DNA from: Syntrophales bacterium
GTDB taxonomy: Bacteria > Desulfobacterota > Syntrophia > Syntrophales > UBA2210
Assembly: GCA_963662405.2 (NCBI GenBank)
Contig: CAXXKT010000001.1
Coordinates: 1,792,001 to 1,856,000 of the forward strand
DNA: 64,000 nucleotides
Direction: 5' to 3'
In this document: piece by piece, positions 11,123-20,570 of the stretch
Layout: every line of letters begins with the position of its first letter
How positions within the stretch are numbered: the stretch's first letter is position 1
Program-made: the position numbers and the translations under genes
Notes under the pieces: model-generated
The model's database searches: none
Told to the model about the DNA's origin: nothing
The model's input: only the letters and a program-made list of their open reading frames with translations

Positions 11123-12205
11123 TTATTTCTGAGACATCTCTGTCACGGAATTGACGATCCGGACGCTGGTGCTCTTGATCATTGCGTAGACGGTATCACC
11201 CGGTGTGAGAGAGAGGCGTTCGAGAGAGTGGTTGGTAACGAGCACGTCAAAGGGTGTTTCGCCGGCGTTGAGAGAAAGGAGGGATGTTTTCCCTTCGTAC
11301 GAGATCTTTGAGAGCGTGGCGCGGATATGATTTTGAGCGGAGGTCTGCGGTGACGGTTGAGTTCCGACGATTATGTCTTCCGGGCGGACGGCGAGACTGA
11401 CCGTCGTCCCGATTTCCGCGGGATCGATCGTCTTCATCGTGAAGCCGTTGACGTTGACGGTGGAGATGCCGTTGTCACATCCGACGACGGTCCCTTCCAT
11501 GAGGGTCGCCCCCACGAAATCGGCGATGAAGGATGTCCGGGGCCGGGTAAAGACCTCTTCAAGGGGGCCGAACTGCAGGAGATGCCCGTCCCTGATGACA
11601 GCGACCTTGTTGGCGAGGGTCCACGCGTCACCCAGGTCATGAGTGACATGCATGACCGTGGTATTCCGCTCGGTGATCGCCTGTTTGAGGAGCGTTCTCG
11701 TGTCGCGCCGCGTCTGCGGATCAAGGGCGGAAAATGGTTCGTCCATGAGGAGCATCCTAGGCTCAACGATGAGGGCGCGCGCCAGGGCCACCCGCTGTTG
11801 CTCTCCCCCTGAGAGGGTCGCCGGTTTCCGGTGGAGCAGATGATCGATATACAGAGCGCCAGCGATTTCGTGGATCCTGTCCTTCATCCCGCGGGGTTTC
11901 TTTTTTTTCAGTCCGTATTCGATATTCTTGTAGACGGTGAAGTGGGGGAGGAGGGCGTAATCCTGATAGACGATGCCGATGCGCCGTCTCTCCGGCAGTT
12001 CTCTCGTGATATCGATATCTTCAAGGTAGATAGTTCCCCGGTCGGGTGTCCAGAAGCCGATGAGACTCTCCAGAAGGATCGTCTTTCCCGCCCCGGTGGG
12101 TCCGATGATGGTGAGGTAGTCGCCCCGGTCGAGGTCGAACGAGACCCCGTTCAGGTAAAACTCACCCAGATCGATGTGGAGGTCTTTTACGGCAAGGAAA
12201 CTCAC
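11123..12205 (-). CDS. modC: Molybdate/tungstate ABC transporter ATPase with TOBE-like C-terminus
   Basis: Walker A GPTGAGKT, LSGGEQQ, MDEPF; GTG start at 12205 overlaps the permease stop. Confidence 0.85.
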   Translation of the reverse strand: MSFLAVKDLHIDLGEFYLNGVSFDLDRGDYLTIIGPTGAGKTILLESLIGFWTPDRGTIYLEDIDITRELPERRRIGIVYQDYALLPHFTVYKNIEYGLKKKKPRGMKDRIHEIAGALYIDHLLHRKPATLSGGEQQRVALARALIVEPRMLLMDEPFSALDPQTRRDTRTLLKQAITERNTTVMHVTHDLGDAWTLANKVAVIRDGHLLQFGPLEEVFTRPRTSFIADFVGATLMEGTVVGCDNGISTVNVNGFTMKTIDPAEIGTTVSLAVRPEDIIVGTQPSPQTSAQNHIRATLSKISYEGKTSLLSLNAGETPFDVLVTNHSLERLSLTPGDTVYAMIKSTSVRIVNSVTEMSQK

Positions 12206-12975
12206 AGGCTCACCTCCGTTCGTTCGAAGACATAGATTGCCGCGAATGAGACGACCATGAGGACGATGCCGCTGGTGAGCGCCATTCCCATGTTTCCGTA
12301 GGAGATGTTGAGATACAGAGTGATCGGAAGGACCTCCGTCTTCATGTAGGTCCCGCCGGCAAGAATGAGAACGGTCCCGAATGTCCCGATACAGCGCGCG
12401 AAGGCGATGACCGTCGATGCGAGGATGCCGTTTCGGGCGAGGGGGAGCGAGACGTTGAGAAAGGTCTCGAACATGGAATACCCCAGCGATCGTGAGACGA
12501 ATTCCATTCTCGGGTCGATATAATCGAAGGTCGATTTCATGATGCGACAGGCGTAGGGGAGGGCTGTAAAAAACTGGGCGGCGACGACACCCTCTATGGT
12601 AAAAACGAAGTTGAGCCCCATACTGCCGAAGAACTTTCCGACGAAGGTATTGCCGAAGAGGAGCAGGAGACAAAGCCCCAGGACCAGTTCGGGAAAGGCG
12701 ACGGGGAGATCGATAATGGTTTTAACGAACCCCTTTCCCATAAACTCGAATCGGGAGAGGGTATATCCGACGGGGAGGGCGAAGAGTGCCACGAGCGCCG
12801 TCGATAACAGCCCCGTCCAGAGGGAGAGCCTGAGGGAATACATCATCTCTTTGCTTTTGAGGCTCTCCCAGACATCTTTCAGATCGGGGACCATAAAGAG
12901 CGCCCCGATCGCAAGGACGAGTACGGCGGTGATGAGAAATGATATGAAAATCAACACTGCCTTGAAGGCATTCAT
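12202..12975 (-). CDS. modB: Molybdate/tungstate ABC permease
   Basis: 'IIDLPVAFPELVLG', 'FARCIGTFG'; lies between modA and modC; ATG 12975 preferred. Confidence 0.85.
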   Translation of the reverse strand: MNAFKAVLIFISFLITAVLVLAIGALFMVPDLKDVWESLKSKEMMYSLRLSLWTGLLSTALVALFALPVGYTLSRFEFMGKGFVKTIIDLPVAFPELVLGLCLLLLFGNTFVGKFFGSMGLNFVFTIEGVVAAQFFTALPYACRIMKSTFDYIDPRMEFVSRSLGYSMFETFLNVSLPLARNGILASTVIAFARCIGTFGTVLILAGGTYMKTEVLPITLYLNISYGNMGMALTSGIVLMVVSFAAIYVFERTEVSL

Positions 12976-12998
12976 CTGCTCCGTGCGTTGATGCGCCG

Positions 12999-13757
12999 TT
13001 ACTGCCCGCACGGTTCAAACCCCCATTCCTGCCAGATAGCGAGACCTTCCGGTGATGAGACATAGGCATTGAACTGCATCGCCATGTCTCTATGGGGCGC
13101 CGTGGTGCAGACAGCGGTGGGGATGGTCTTGATGATATTTTTGCCGTCGGCGATTCGCACGACATCGAGCTTTCCCTTTCCTTCCGCCCAGGTAACGAGA
13201 TCCCCCCAGATAATGGCGGCATCGACCTGTTTCAGGGCCACATAGATCAGAAGCTGGTTGACGGTCGGGGCATAGACGCCGATATTCGGGGTTATGCGTT
13301 CCCACAGATTCTGTTTTTGAAGGATCTTCTTGGCGACACGCCCGATGGCGGGGGCCTTGGGATCGCCGATGGCGACGCGCACACCCTCCCGCGCGAGATC
13401 TGCCAGGCAGGTGACCTGTGCGGGATTCCCCTTCGGAACGGCGATAACGGGAACGTGAAGGACGAGAGGACGGATGGTTTCTCCGTTGACCCAGCCGTTT
13501 TTCAGGGCGTCGTGCATATATTTTTCGGCCCCCGGGATGAGGACGTCACAGGGCTGACCGGCCGCCACCTGGGCGAATATTTCCCCCGAACTTCCGTAAT
13601 GCACCTCTACTTTGAGGTGATGTACCGATTCGAAATTTTTTCTCAGTTCCTCCATGGGCTTCATGAGGCCGGCGCCGCTGAAAATGATGAGGTCTGCTGC
13701 GAGACATTGCCCTGTCCAGAGGATCAACATGGTAAAAATGATCAGAAATTTCTTCAT
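12999..13757 (-). CDS. modA: Molybdate ABC substrate-binding protein
   Basis: Signal peptide; 'GAGLMKPM', 'YGSSG', 'AIGDPKAPAIG'. Confidence 0.88.
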   Translation of the reverse strand: MKKFLIIFTMLILWTGQCLAADLIIFSGAGLMKPMEELRKNFESVHHLKVEVHYGSSGEIFAQVAAGQPCDVLIPGAEKYMHDALKNGWVNGETIRPLVLHVPVIAVPKGNPAQVTCLADLAREGVRVAIGDPKAPAIGRVAKKILQKQNLWERITPNIGVYAPTVNQLLIYVALKQVDAAIIWGDLVTWAEGKGKLDVVRIADGKNIIKTIPTAVCTTAPHRDMAMQFNAYVSSPEGLAIWQEWGFEPCGQ

Positions 13758-14022
13758 TATACAATCCTTTCTGCTATGAAGATGATTTGTCCGTACCGTG
13801 TGGGCTCTATATCGTATCCCCGGGTAATTGTCAAATTAGGGTACTATCAATCAATATTAGTAATCCCCGGTTTTTTATTGGCAATATGTATCAATTTATT
13901 GCCGGATGACCTCGTGTTGGACAAGCGATCAAATCTCTGTTTGACTTTTTGGTGTTAATTCGGACAATGATAGAGAGCAAGAAGGGGGGACCCCGCCGGA
14001 AATAACGGGAGAGTCCGGGGAA

Positions 14023-14949
14023 ATGACGAAGGCCCCTGTTGGCCGGAAGGGGTACTGCAGGATTTCAATTATGGGTCGAGACAGTCTCTATTCCGTAGAG
14101 GATATCCGAAAGGCCTACGAGGCTGTTCGGGATCACGTAGAGACACGCCGTCTGATTTCCCGATATTCCGTCAATCGGCAGGATATCCGCGAGCGCGCCC
14201 TGGAGGGGCTCGACCTGAGCGGTTTCGCGGATGTCCTGGATCTGGGCTGTGCCTATGGGTTTTTTACCGAACGGCTTGCCGGATGCCTGAGGGAGGGAGC
14301 CGCGGTCACCGGGCTCGACCTGATCGACGACGCCAACCGGAACCTCTTTCTCAGGACCGTGGATTCGATGGGATATCGGGGGCGGTTCATCGCGGGGAGC
14401 GCCGAACTGATTGCGGATATCGTCTCGGACAGCATTGACCTTGTCGTGGCCAGTTATTCTCTCTACTTCTTCCCCCATCTGATCGGAGAGATCGCACGGA
14501 TCCTGAGACCGGACGGGGTCTTTATCGCCATCACCCATGCCGAATCTTCGCTCCGGGAGATCATCCGCCTGATCCCGGGGTGTATGGTATCGGCCGGCAT
14601 CGATGCCCCCCCGGAGGAACCGGCCATCGCACAATTATTACGGGTCTTTTCCCTGGAGAACGGCGAGGCACAGCTTGAAGAGCACTTCGGCAGGATCGAA
14701 CGGATCGACTTCGACAACGACCTCCTCTTTCCCCTGGACAGTATCGAGGATTGTATCGATTATCTGGGGAAAAAACAGACCCTCCTCTTCAAGGAGCTGT
14801 TTGACACCTGTCCGCAAAGGGCCGGTGAGGCGCTGTCCTGTTTTTATCGCGCGATCCATGAAAACGCCCGCCGGGAGGGGAAGGTGGCCATTACCAAGGA
14901 CGACTGTATCTTCCGATGTTTTACTCCCCGAAGAGGGGGTGTGTCGTGA
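14023..14949 (+). CDS. Class I SAM-dependent methyltransferase
   Basis: 'VLDLGCAYG', 'IARILRPDG'; start may be 14071. Confidence 0.85.
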   Translation: MTKAPVGRKGYCRISIMGRDSLYSVEDIRKAYEAVRDHVETRRLISRYSVNRQDIRERALEGLDLSGFADVLDLGCAYGFFTERLAGCLREGAAVTGLDLIDDANRNLFLRTVDSMGYRGRFIAGSAELIADIVSDSIDLVVASYSLYFFPHLIGEIARILRPDGVFIAITHAESSLREIIRLIPGCMVSAGIDAPPEEPAIAQLLRVFSLENGEAQLEEHFGRIERIDFDNDLLFPLDSIEDCIDYLGKKQTLLFKELFDTCPQRAGEALSCFYRAIHENARREGKVAITKDDCIFRCFTPRRGGVS

Positions 14950-15965
14950 AGAAGGAACGGCGATACTGCTGTCACTGCGGGAATGTATTGGATAAACGGA
15001 TGATTGAGGGGCGGATGAGGGGGTATTGCCCCCGTTGTGACACCGTCTTTTATGAAAATCCGCTCCCCGTTGCCGGCGCCATTGTGGTCAACAAAAAGAG
15101 GGAGATCCTCCTGGTGAGGCGGAAGAATGATCCCTACCGGGGGATGTGGTGTCTCCCCATCGGTTTCGCCGAGACGGGGGAGGCGGTGCGGGAGGCCGCC
15201 CTGCGGGAATTGCATGAAGAAACGGGGCTGCAGGGGGAAATCGTCAGGTTGGTCGATGTCGATACCGTGGATGATTCCTATTACGGGAGCATGGCCATTA
15301 TCACGTACGAGGTCCGCCGGACCGGGGGAAAAGTCGCTGCCGGGGACGATGCCGTTGAGGCCCGGTTTGTCCCTATTGACGAACTCCCGCCCCTGGCGTG
15401 GGAGGCGAACCGGAAGGCCATCGACCGATATCTCGCCCTCTACCGGGACGCCTGGGCCATGGCGGATTCCTACCGGCACCTCTTTTCCGATATGGAAGAA
15501 AGCGAGGTCCCGCCGGCCGGACCGCATGAGGAACACGCCTTTCTCTCGGATGTGATGGTGCGGGCCATCGACCGGTACCAGGATGAGATCGTGCAGCATT
15601 GGCAGGATGATGTCAGACGAATTGTTCCGGATGTGGGCTCGCAGATACGATTGATTTCGAGAATGCACCTCCGGGTCCTGGAGGAAGTCAAACAGTTTCT
15701 GCGGGGGAGAGGAGGACCCTTCGATCCCGGCTATTTTATCAAAGCGGGGATGGATCTGCGCAGGCGCGGGATCTCACTTCCTTCCATTCTCAGTATGATG
15801 GCGTTGAGCCGGAAGGCGATCTGGACCCAGGTGATGAAACGCCGGATTTTCGGATCACCAATTCAGATCTATACGACCCTGGAGTTGAACAACCGGATCA
15901 TCTTTCTCTATGACCGGATGGATTACCACCTTACTGCTGGCTGGTCGCAAGGGCTGACGCCGTGA
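14946..15965 (+). CDS. Zn-ribbon Nudix hydrolase with C-terminal helical (RsbRD-N-like) extension
   Basis: CCHCG...CPRC; Nudix box 'GFAETGEAVREAALRELHEETGL'; GTG 14946 overlaps the upstream TGA. Confidence 0.85.
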   Translation: MKKERRYCCHCGNVLDKRMIEGRMRGYCPRCDTVFYENPLPVAGAIVVNKKREILLVRRKNDPYRGMWCLPIGFAETGEAVREAALRELHEETGLQGEIVRLVDVDTVDDSYYGSMAIITYEVRRTGGKVAAGDDAVEARFVPIDELPPLAWEANRKAIDRYLALYRDAWAMADSYRHLFSDMEESEVPPAGPHEEHAFLSDVMVRAIDRYQDEIVQHWQDDVRRIVPDVGSQIRLISRMHLRVLEEVKQFLRGRGGPFDPGYFIKAGMDLRRRGISLPSILSMMALSRKAIWTQVMKRRIFGSPIQIYTTLELNNRIIFLYDRMDYHLTAGWSQGLTP

Positions 15966-16000
15966 GGGTAAGAAACGATTGAAAGGGATGAGGAACAAGC

Positions 16001-16720
16001 ATGGAACACCGTACCACTGAAAAACATTCTATTTATCTCTGTTCTCCTGCGAATGCCCTGGTCGAGGGTATCTACGAAGAAAAGATCCCCTTTACGGAGA
16101 TCAAAAAACACGGTGATTTCGGTATCGGCACCTTTGACCATCTGGATGGAGAGATGATTATGCTCGACGGGACCATATACCAGATAACAGGGGATGGTCA
16201 CGTCCATGAGGTCGATGAGAAGGCCCTGACCCCCTTCGCCTGTGTTATCTTCTACCGTCCTCTCACCCATGATGAGATCAGCCGTGAAATGGCGTATCCG
16301 GATTTTCTGGAGTGGCTCGAGACGTTGATGCCCTCCCCCAATCTCTTTTATGCGATTCGAATCGACGGTCTTTTCGCGCATGTGGCGGTCCGGTCGGTAC
16401 CGAAACAGGAAAATTACCGTCCCCTGGTCGAGGTCGCCGCCGACCAGCCCGTCTTCAGCTTCGACGATGTGGCGGGCTCTCTGGTGGGGTTTTTCACCCC
16501 TTCCTTTATGTCATCGGTGAATGTCCCGGGACTTCACCTCCATTTTCTTTCCGCCGACCGGCGCCGCGGGGGACATCTCCTGGAATGTGTGCTCCGCGAA
16601 GGGCGTGTCGGCATCCAGTTTATCCACACCTTGGAGCTTTCCCTCCCCATGAGCCTGGATTACCTCACCCTGGATTTCCAGCGTGATGCCGGGCAGGATC
16701 TGGCGAAGGCGGAGAAATAG
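16001..16720 (+). CDS. budA: Alpha-acetolactate decarboxylase
   Basis: 'HGDFGIGTFDHLDGEMIMLDG', 'PGLHLHFLS...GGHLL'. Confidence 0.9.
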   Translation: MEHRTTEKHSIYLCSPANALVEGIYEEKIPFTEIKKHGDFGIGTFDHLDGEMIMLDGTIYQITGDGHVHEVDEKALTPFACVIFYRPLTHDEISREMAYPDFLEWLETLMPSPNLFYAIRIDGLFAHVAVRSVPKQENYRPLVEVAADQPVFSFDDVAGSLVGFFTPSFMSSVNVPGLHLHFLSADRRRGGHLLECVLREGRVGIQFIHTLELSLPMSLDYLTLDFQRDAGQDLAKAEK

Positions 16721-16741
16721 CGTTTCCACGCGGGGGAACGG

Positions 16742-18355
16742 TTATCTCTTGTTGTTGGCGATATCCTGGGAGAGGAGCCGGGCGTAGCGGCCCAGCGTCC
16801 AGACGGACCGTTCAAAGAGGTTGGTCACGTAGAGGATCAGTGAACGCTCATCGGTGCCGAGGCTTGCTTCCGATGCAAGGTAACTGCCTCGAATCTTCTC
16901 CATCAGCTGACCTTTGTCCGCGGTGAGTGATGTAAGGATGTCCAGATCGGTCCGGTCGGTGCTCTCCGTCGCATCAATAGCGGTCAGTACGATGGCATCG
17001 AGACTCTCAACGATGTTCATGGCAAGGCCGGCGACCTTCCCCTCGACGGAGGTGTTCTTCAGTGTTTCGACCAGGTTGTAACAGTTATCCTCCAGGGCGG
17101 CGACCAGGTTATGGCGGTCCTGCACGTTGAGGAGCGACTCCGATGTCCTCAGCGAGAGATCCTGACGAAAGACGTCGGCGGTAAAGGCGTGGATCTCAGC
17201 GGAAACCTCGGCAAAAGCGGCATGATGGGCTTCGAGGGAGGGGGGCTGATCGGAGGCGATGTCCCCGCGCACCTTATCCAGGTAAGAGGGGATCCGACGC
17301 AACAGGCGGTGTACCTCTTGTTCGGCCAGCAGAACGGCGGTTTCGGGTTCACTGACGGCATGTTCATTGATGAATTGTATCTTGGATAACTCTTCTTCTT
17401 CCAGTGGCGGCCAGAAATGTTCGAGGAACCGATAGAGGGGGTCCAGGACAAAGGAGAGGACGACGGGTACCAGAAAATTGAAGATCAGCACCACCAGGGC
17501 TGCCTGCCGCGCGATGTCATCGGAGAGAAGCCCGATGAATGCCTTGACCAGTGGGATATCGGTATAGAGCTCGACATAAAAGAGCACCATGAAGATGGGG
17601 ATGCCGAATACGTTAAAGAGAACCTGCCCCATCACCGACTGTTTGGCGGAGCCCTTGAGGCTCGATGAGAGGACATAGGTGGTCACACTCGATCCCAGAT
17701 GAGCGCCGTAGATAATCATCAGGGTCTGATCGATGGTAAAAAGACCCGATTTGGTCATTGCCACGGCGATGATAATGATCCCCAAAGCTGCCTGTGAAAC
17801 GAAGGCCAGTACCGCTCCGATCAGAAAGGTGAGGAGGTAGGAACTCCTCGTGTTATAGAGAAGAGTCTTGATCCAGGGGGTCTCGGCGACAGGGGATGCC
17901 CCGGAACCCACCATGTGCAGGCCGAGAAAGAGGAGCGATATGCCGAAGAGCGTGCCCAGTACATGATGAAACTCCTTCGGTTTTTCAAAGGCATAACAGA
18001 TCCCCGAGATGCCCAGGAGGACCAGGACGATATTCTGGATGTCAAGGACGGCGAGAAGGACCAGCGTGGAACACCCCGCGTTTGCCCAGAAGACAATGGG
18101 GAGGGATTTGCGCACCGTCAGGAGTCCGCTGGAGATCAGGCTTGCCACAATAAAGGACGAAACCGATGTGCTCTGGGTGACGAAGCCGGAAAGGGCCCCC
18201 CAGAAGCCGGCAACGATGCCCCGATCGGTGAAACGGGCGATCGTCAGTTTGAGCCGCCTGCTGGTCATCAGCTTGAGGTTGCTGCTGACCATCCGGATGC
18301 CGACGAAGAAGAGCCCGAGACCTCCAAGGAGCAGGGCGATAGAGTTGTTAATCAT
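16742..18355 (-). CDS. Na/Pi cotransporter family protein
   Basis: 'GGLGLFFVGI', 'TQSTS', repeated N/H-x-G-S motifs, PhoU-like helical C-terminus. Confidence 0.8.
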   Translation of the reverse strand: MINNSIALLLGGLGLFFVGIRMVSSNLKLMTSRRLKLTIARFTDRGIVAGFWGALSGFVTQSTSVSSFIVASLISSGLLTVRKSLPIVFWANAGCSTLVLLAVLDIQNIVLVLLGISGICYAFEKPKEFHHVLGTLFGISLLFLGLHMVGSGASPVAETPWIKTLLYNTRSSYLLTFLIGAVLAFVSQAALGIIIIAVAMTKSGLFTIDQTLMIIYGAHLGSSVTTYVLSSSLKGSAKQSVMGQVLFNVFGIPIFMVLFYVELYTDIPLVKAFIGLLSDDIARQAALVVLIFNFLVPVVLSFVLDPLYRFLEHFWPPLEEEELSKIQFINEHAVSEPETAVLLAEQEVHRLLRRIPSYLDKVRGDIASDQPPSLEAHHAAFAEVSAEIHAFTADVFRQDLSLRTSESLLNVQDRHNLVAALEDNCYNLVETLKNTSVEGKVAGLAMNIVESLDAIVLTAIDATESTDRTDLDILTSLTADKGQLMEKIRGSYLASEASLGTDERSLILYVTNLFERSVWTLGRYARLLSQDIANNKR

Positions 18356-18580
18356 GGGATGTCACCGTGGCTGTTTCAAGTACAGAGCGGATCTTTAAGC
18401 AATTTGCCCCTCACCGATTCTTCTACTATATCTTTGTTTCAATTGCAAAACCGCTTTCCCCCTCCGACGGCCTCGCGCAAAGGCTCACACGAGGATCGCG
18501 AGCCCTCATCGTGAGATGGGCATTCATCGGACAGACACATATGGCGGCGCTGTTTGTCAGGCTGGTGACTGAGAAGGCAC

Positions 18581-19771
18581 CTATTCTGACCGGAGGGCAT
18601 CGATGGGGTTGAGCCGTGCCGCCTGCCGCGCAGGATAGAAACCGAAGAAGACTCCCACCACTCCCGAGACGATAACACCGAGGAGAATGGCATGATACGA
18701 CAGGAAGAAGTGCCACTGCGAAAGGGCCGAGATGCCATAGGACGCCCCGATTCCCAACCCGATACCGAGGATTCCCCCCACCATGCACAGCAGCATCGAT
18801 TCGACAATGAATTGGAGCTGTATGTCGTTTCTCTGGGCGCCGAGCGCCCGGCGGATGCCGATTTCTTTTCTCCTCTCCGTCACGGAAACGAGCATGACGT
18901 TCATGACGCCGACCCCCCCCACAATGAGTGAAATGCTCCCGATGGCTCCCAGGAGGATCGTAAAAAGACGCATCTGTTTCTGCATCTGATTGATGATCTC
19001 TTCCGCGCTTTTGACGCGGATTGCCATGTTCCGTACCATCCTCTTGAAATACTGTTTTGCCTGCATTGCCGCAGTGAGATGGTTGCCTTCCGGCCGGATC
19101 CTGCCGATGATGTTTCGTATGGATCCTCTCTGATCGAGACGCTGGCTGGTGGTCAGCGGGACCATGGCGCATTCACTGATCTCGTAGGGGCGCATTCCTC
19201 CCGCGGGAACACCATCTACCGCGCCGATGATCGTGAACAGCTTGTCCTCAAAAAAGATCCGACCGCCTATCATATCCTTCATTCCCAGGGACCGCAGCTT
19301 TCGCGCCATGGTGTCACCAACAACGCAGAAATAAGACCGCTCATCGAGATCGGAAATAAATCGTCCCTCTTTGAGGCGGAGTTTATTCAGATCCATGAAA
19401 CTCTCCGTGACGCCCATTACCGGGCCGTCCCACTTTTTCCCTTGGTATTTATACCTTCCATAGGTTGAGGTATAGGGAGCGACCGCTCCAATCTCCGGAC
19501 AATAGCGGGGAATCGCCAGTGCATCGGTCAAGGCGATCTCATTACTCTTGGTCGAACTACTCCCACCTCTGTGATCCTTGCTGATGGTCAGGATATCCGT
19601 CCCCATCTCTCTGAATTGACGAAGTGCCTCATTCTGAACGATTGTTCCGATCGATACCATGGCGATGACCGAACCGATACCGACGAATATGCCGATGAGG
19701 GCCAGCAACGTGCGCTGTTTGGACGCCAAGAGGCTGACCGTGGCCTCCTTTATATTTGCTCTGATGATCAT
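18581..19771 (-). CDS. MacB/FtsX-type ABC permease
   Basis: 'RTLLALIGIFVGIGSVI', 'VGGVGVMNVMLVSVTERRKEIGIRRALGA', 'PARQAARLNPIDALR'. Confidence 0.92.
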   Translation of the reverse strand: MIIRANIKEATVSLLASKQRTLLALIGIFVGIGSVIAMVSIGTIVQNEALRQFREMGTDILTISKDHRGGSSSTKSNEIALTDALAIPRYCPEIGAVAPYTSTYGRYKYQGKKWDGPVMGVTESFMDLNKLRLKEGRFISDLDERSYFCVVGDTMARKLRSLGMKDMIGGRIFFEDKLFTIIGAVDGVPAGGMRPYEISECAMVPLTTSQRLDQRGSIRNIIGRIRPEGNHLTAAMQAKQYFKRMVRNMAIRVKSAEEIINQMQKQMRLFTILLGAIGSISLIVGGVGVMNVMLVSVTERRKEIGIRRALGAQRNDIQLQFIVESMLLCMVGGILGIGLGIGASYGISALSQWHFFLSYHAILLGVIVSGVVGVFFGFYPARQAARLNPIDALRSE

Positions 19772-19885
19772 ACCGGTTCGTACACCACCTTCCGTGTCTT
19801 TTTCAGGATCTCCCTGTTTCCACAATAACAACAGTATGCCGCTTCGTCTTGCGTGCCGATTCGTATGGTATCACCAGGGTCCCTC

Positions 19886-20560
19886 TTACAACACCGTGTC
19901 CTCCAGCAGCCCGTCGTTCATCCTCACGGTCCGCTTGCATTGTCTGGCAATGCCCGGATCGTGGGTAATAATGACGACAGTGACATCCTCTTCATCATTG
20001 AGGGTGAAGAAAAGATCCATGATTTCTCGCCCGACCTTGGTATCCAGGGCACCGGTCGGTTCATCGGCGAAGATAATGGAAGGATTTCCGACGAAGGCCC
20101 GCGCTATGGCCACTCGTTGTTGCTCCCCTCCCGAGAGTTCCGTCGGCCGGTGGTGCTGCCGGTGTGCCATTCCCACTTTTTCGAGCATCCGTTCCGAACA
20201 CTGCCGCTGCTCCTTCTCCCCTGCTCCTCGATAGATAAGAGGAAGCGCGACATTGTCGAGGGCGGTCAGGCGCGAAAGGAGATAAAAGTGCTGGAACACG
20301 AATCCTATTTTTTGGTTTCGTGTGGCCGACTGTTCTCTGTCACTGAATTGAGACACGTCTCTCCCTTCGAGGAGATAGGATCCGGAACTGGCAACGTCCA
20401 GGAGTCCCATGATATTCATCAATGTCGATTTCCCGCATCCAGACGTACCCACGATTGAGAGCAGTTCGCCCTCCTCAACGGTCAGATCGATCCCCTTCAG
20501 GATCTCCATTTCCAGGGGACCGATGTGATAGGATTTGCGAAGATCATGTATCTGAATCAT
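19886..20560 (-). CDS. ABC ATPase (MacB/LolD-like)
   Basis: GTSGCGKS, LSGGEQQRVAIAR, ADEPTGALD. Confidence 0.93.
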   Translation of the reverse strand: MIQIHDLRKSYHIGPLEMEILKGIDLTVEEGELLSIVGTSGCGKSTLMNIMGLLDVASSGSYLLEGRDVSQFSDREQSATRNQKIGFVFQHFYLLSRLTALDNVALPLIYRGAGEKEQRQCSERMLEKVGMAHRQHHRPTELSGGEQQRVAIARAFVGNPSIIFADEPTGALDTKVGREIMDLFFTLNDEEDVTVVIITHDPGIARQCKRTVRMNDGLLEDTVL

Positions 20561-20570
20561 AGGCGTTTTC

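Noticed and set aside
12206..12673. N-terminal extension of the 516-aa ORF 11123..12673
   Set aside because: It overlaps modB in another frame; the ATPase begins at GTG 12205.
13760..14020. ModE box or Moco riboswitch upstream of modA
   Set aside because: AT-rich, but no convincing match recognisable by eye.
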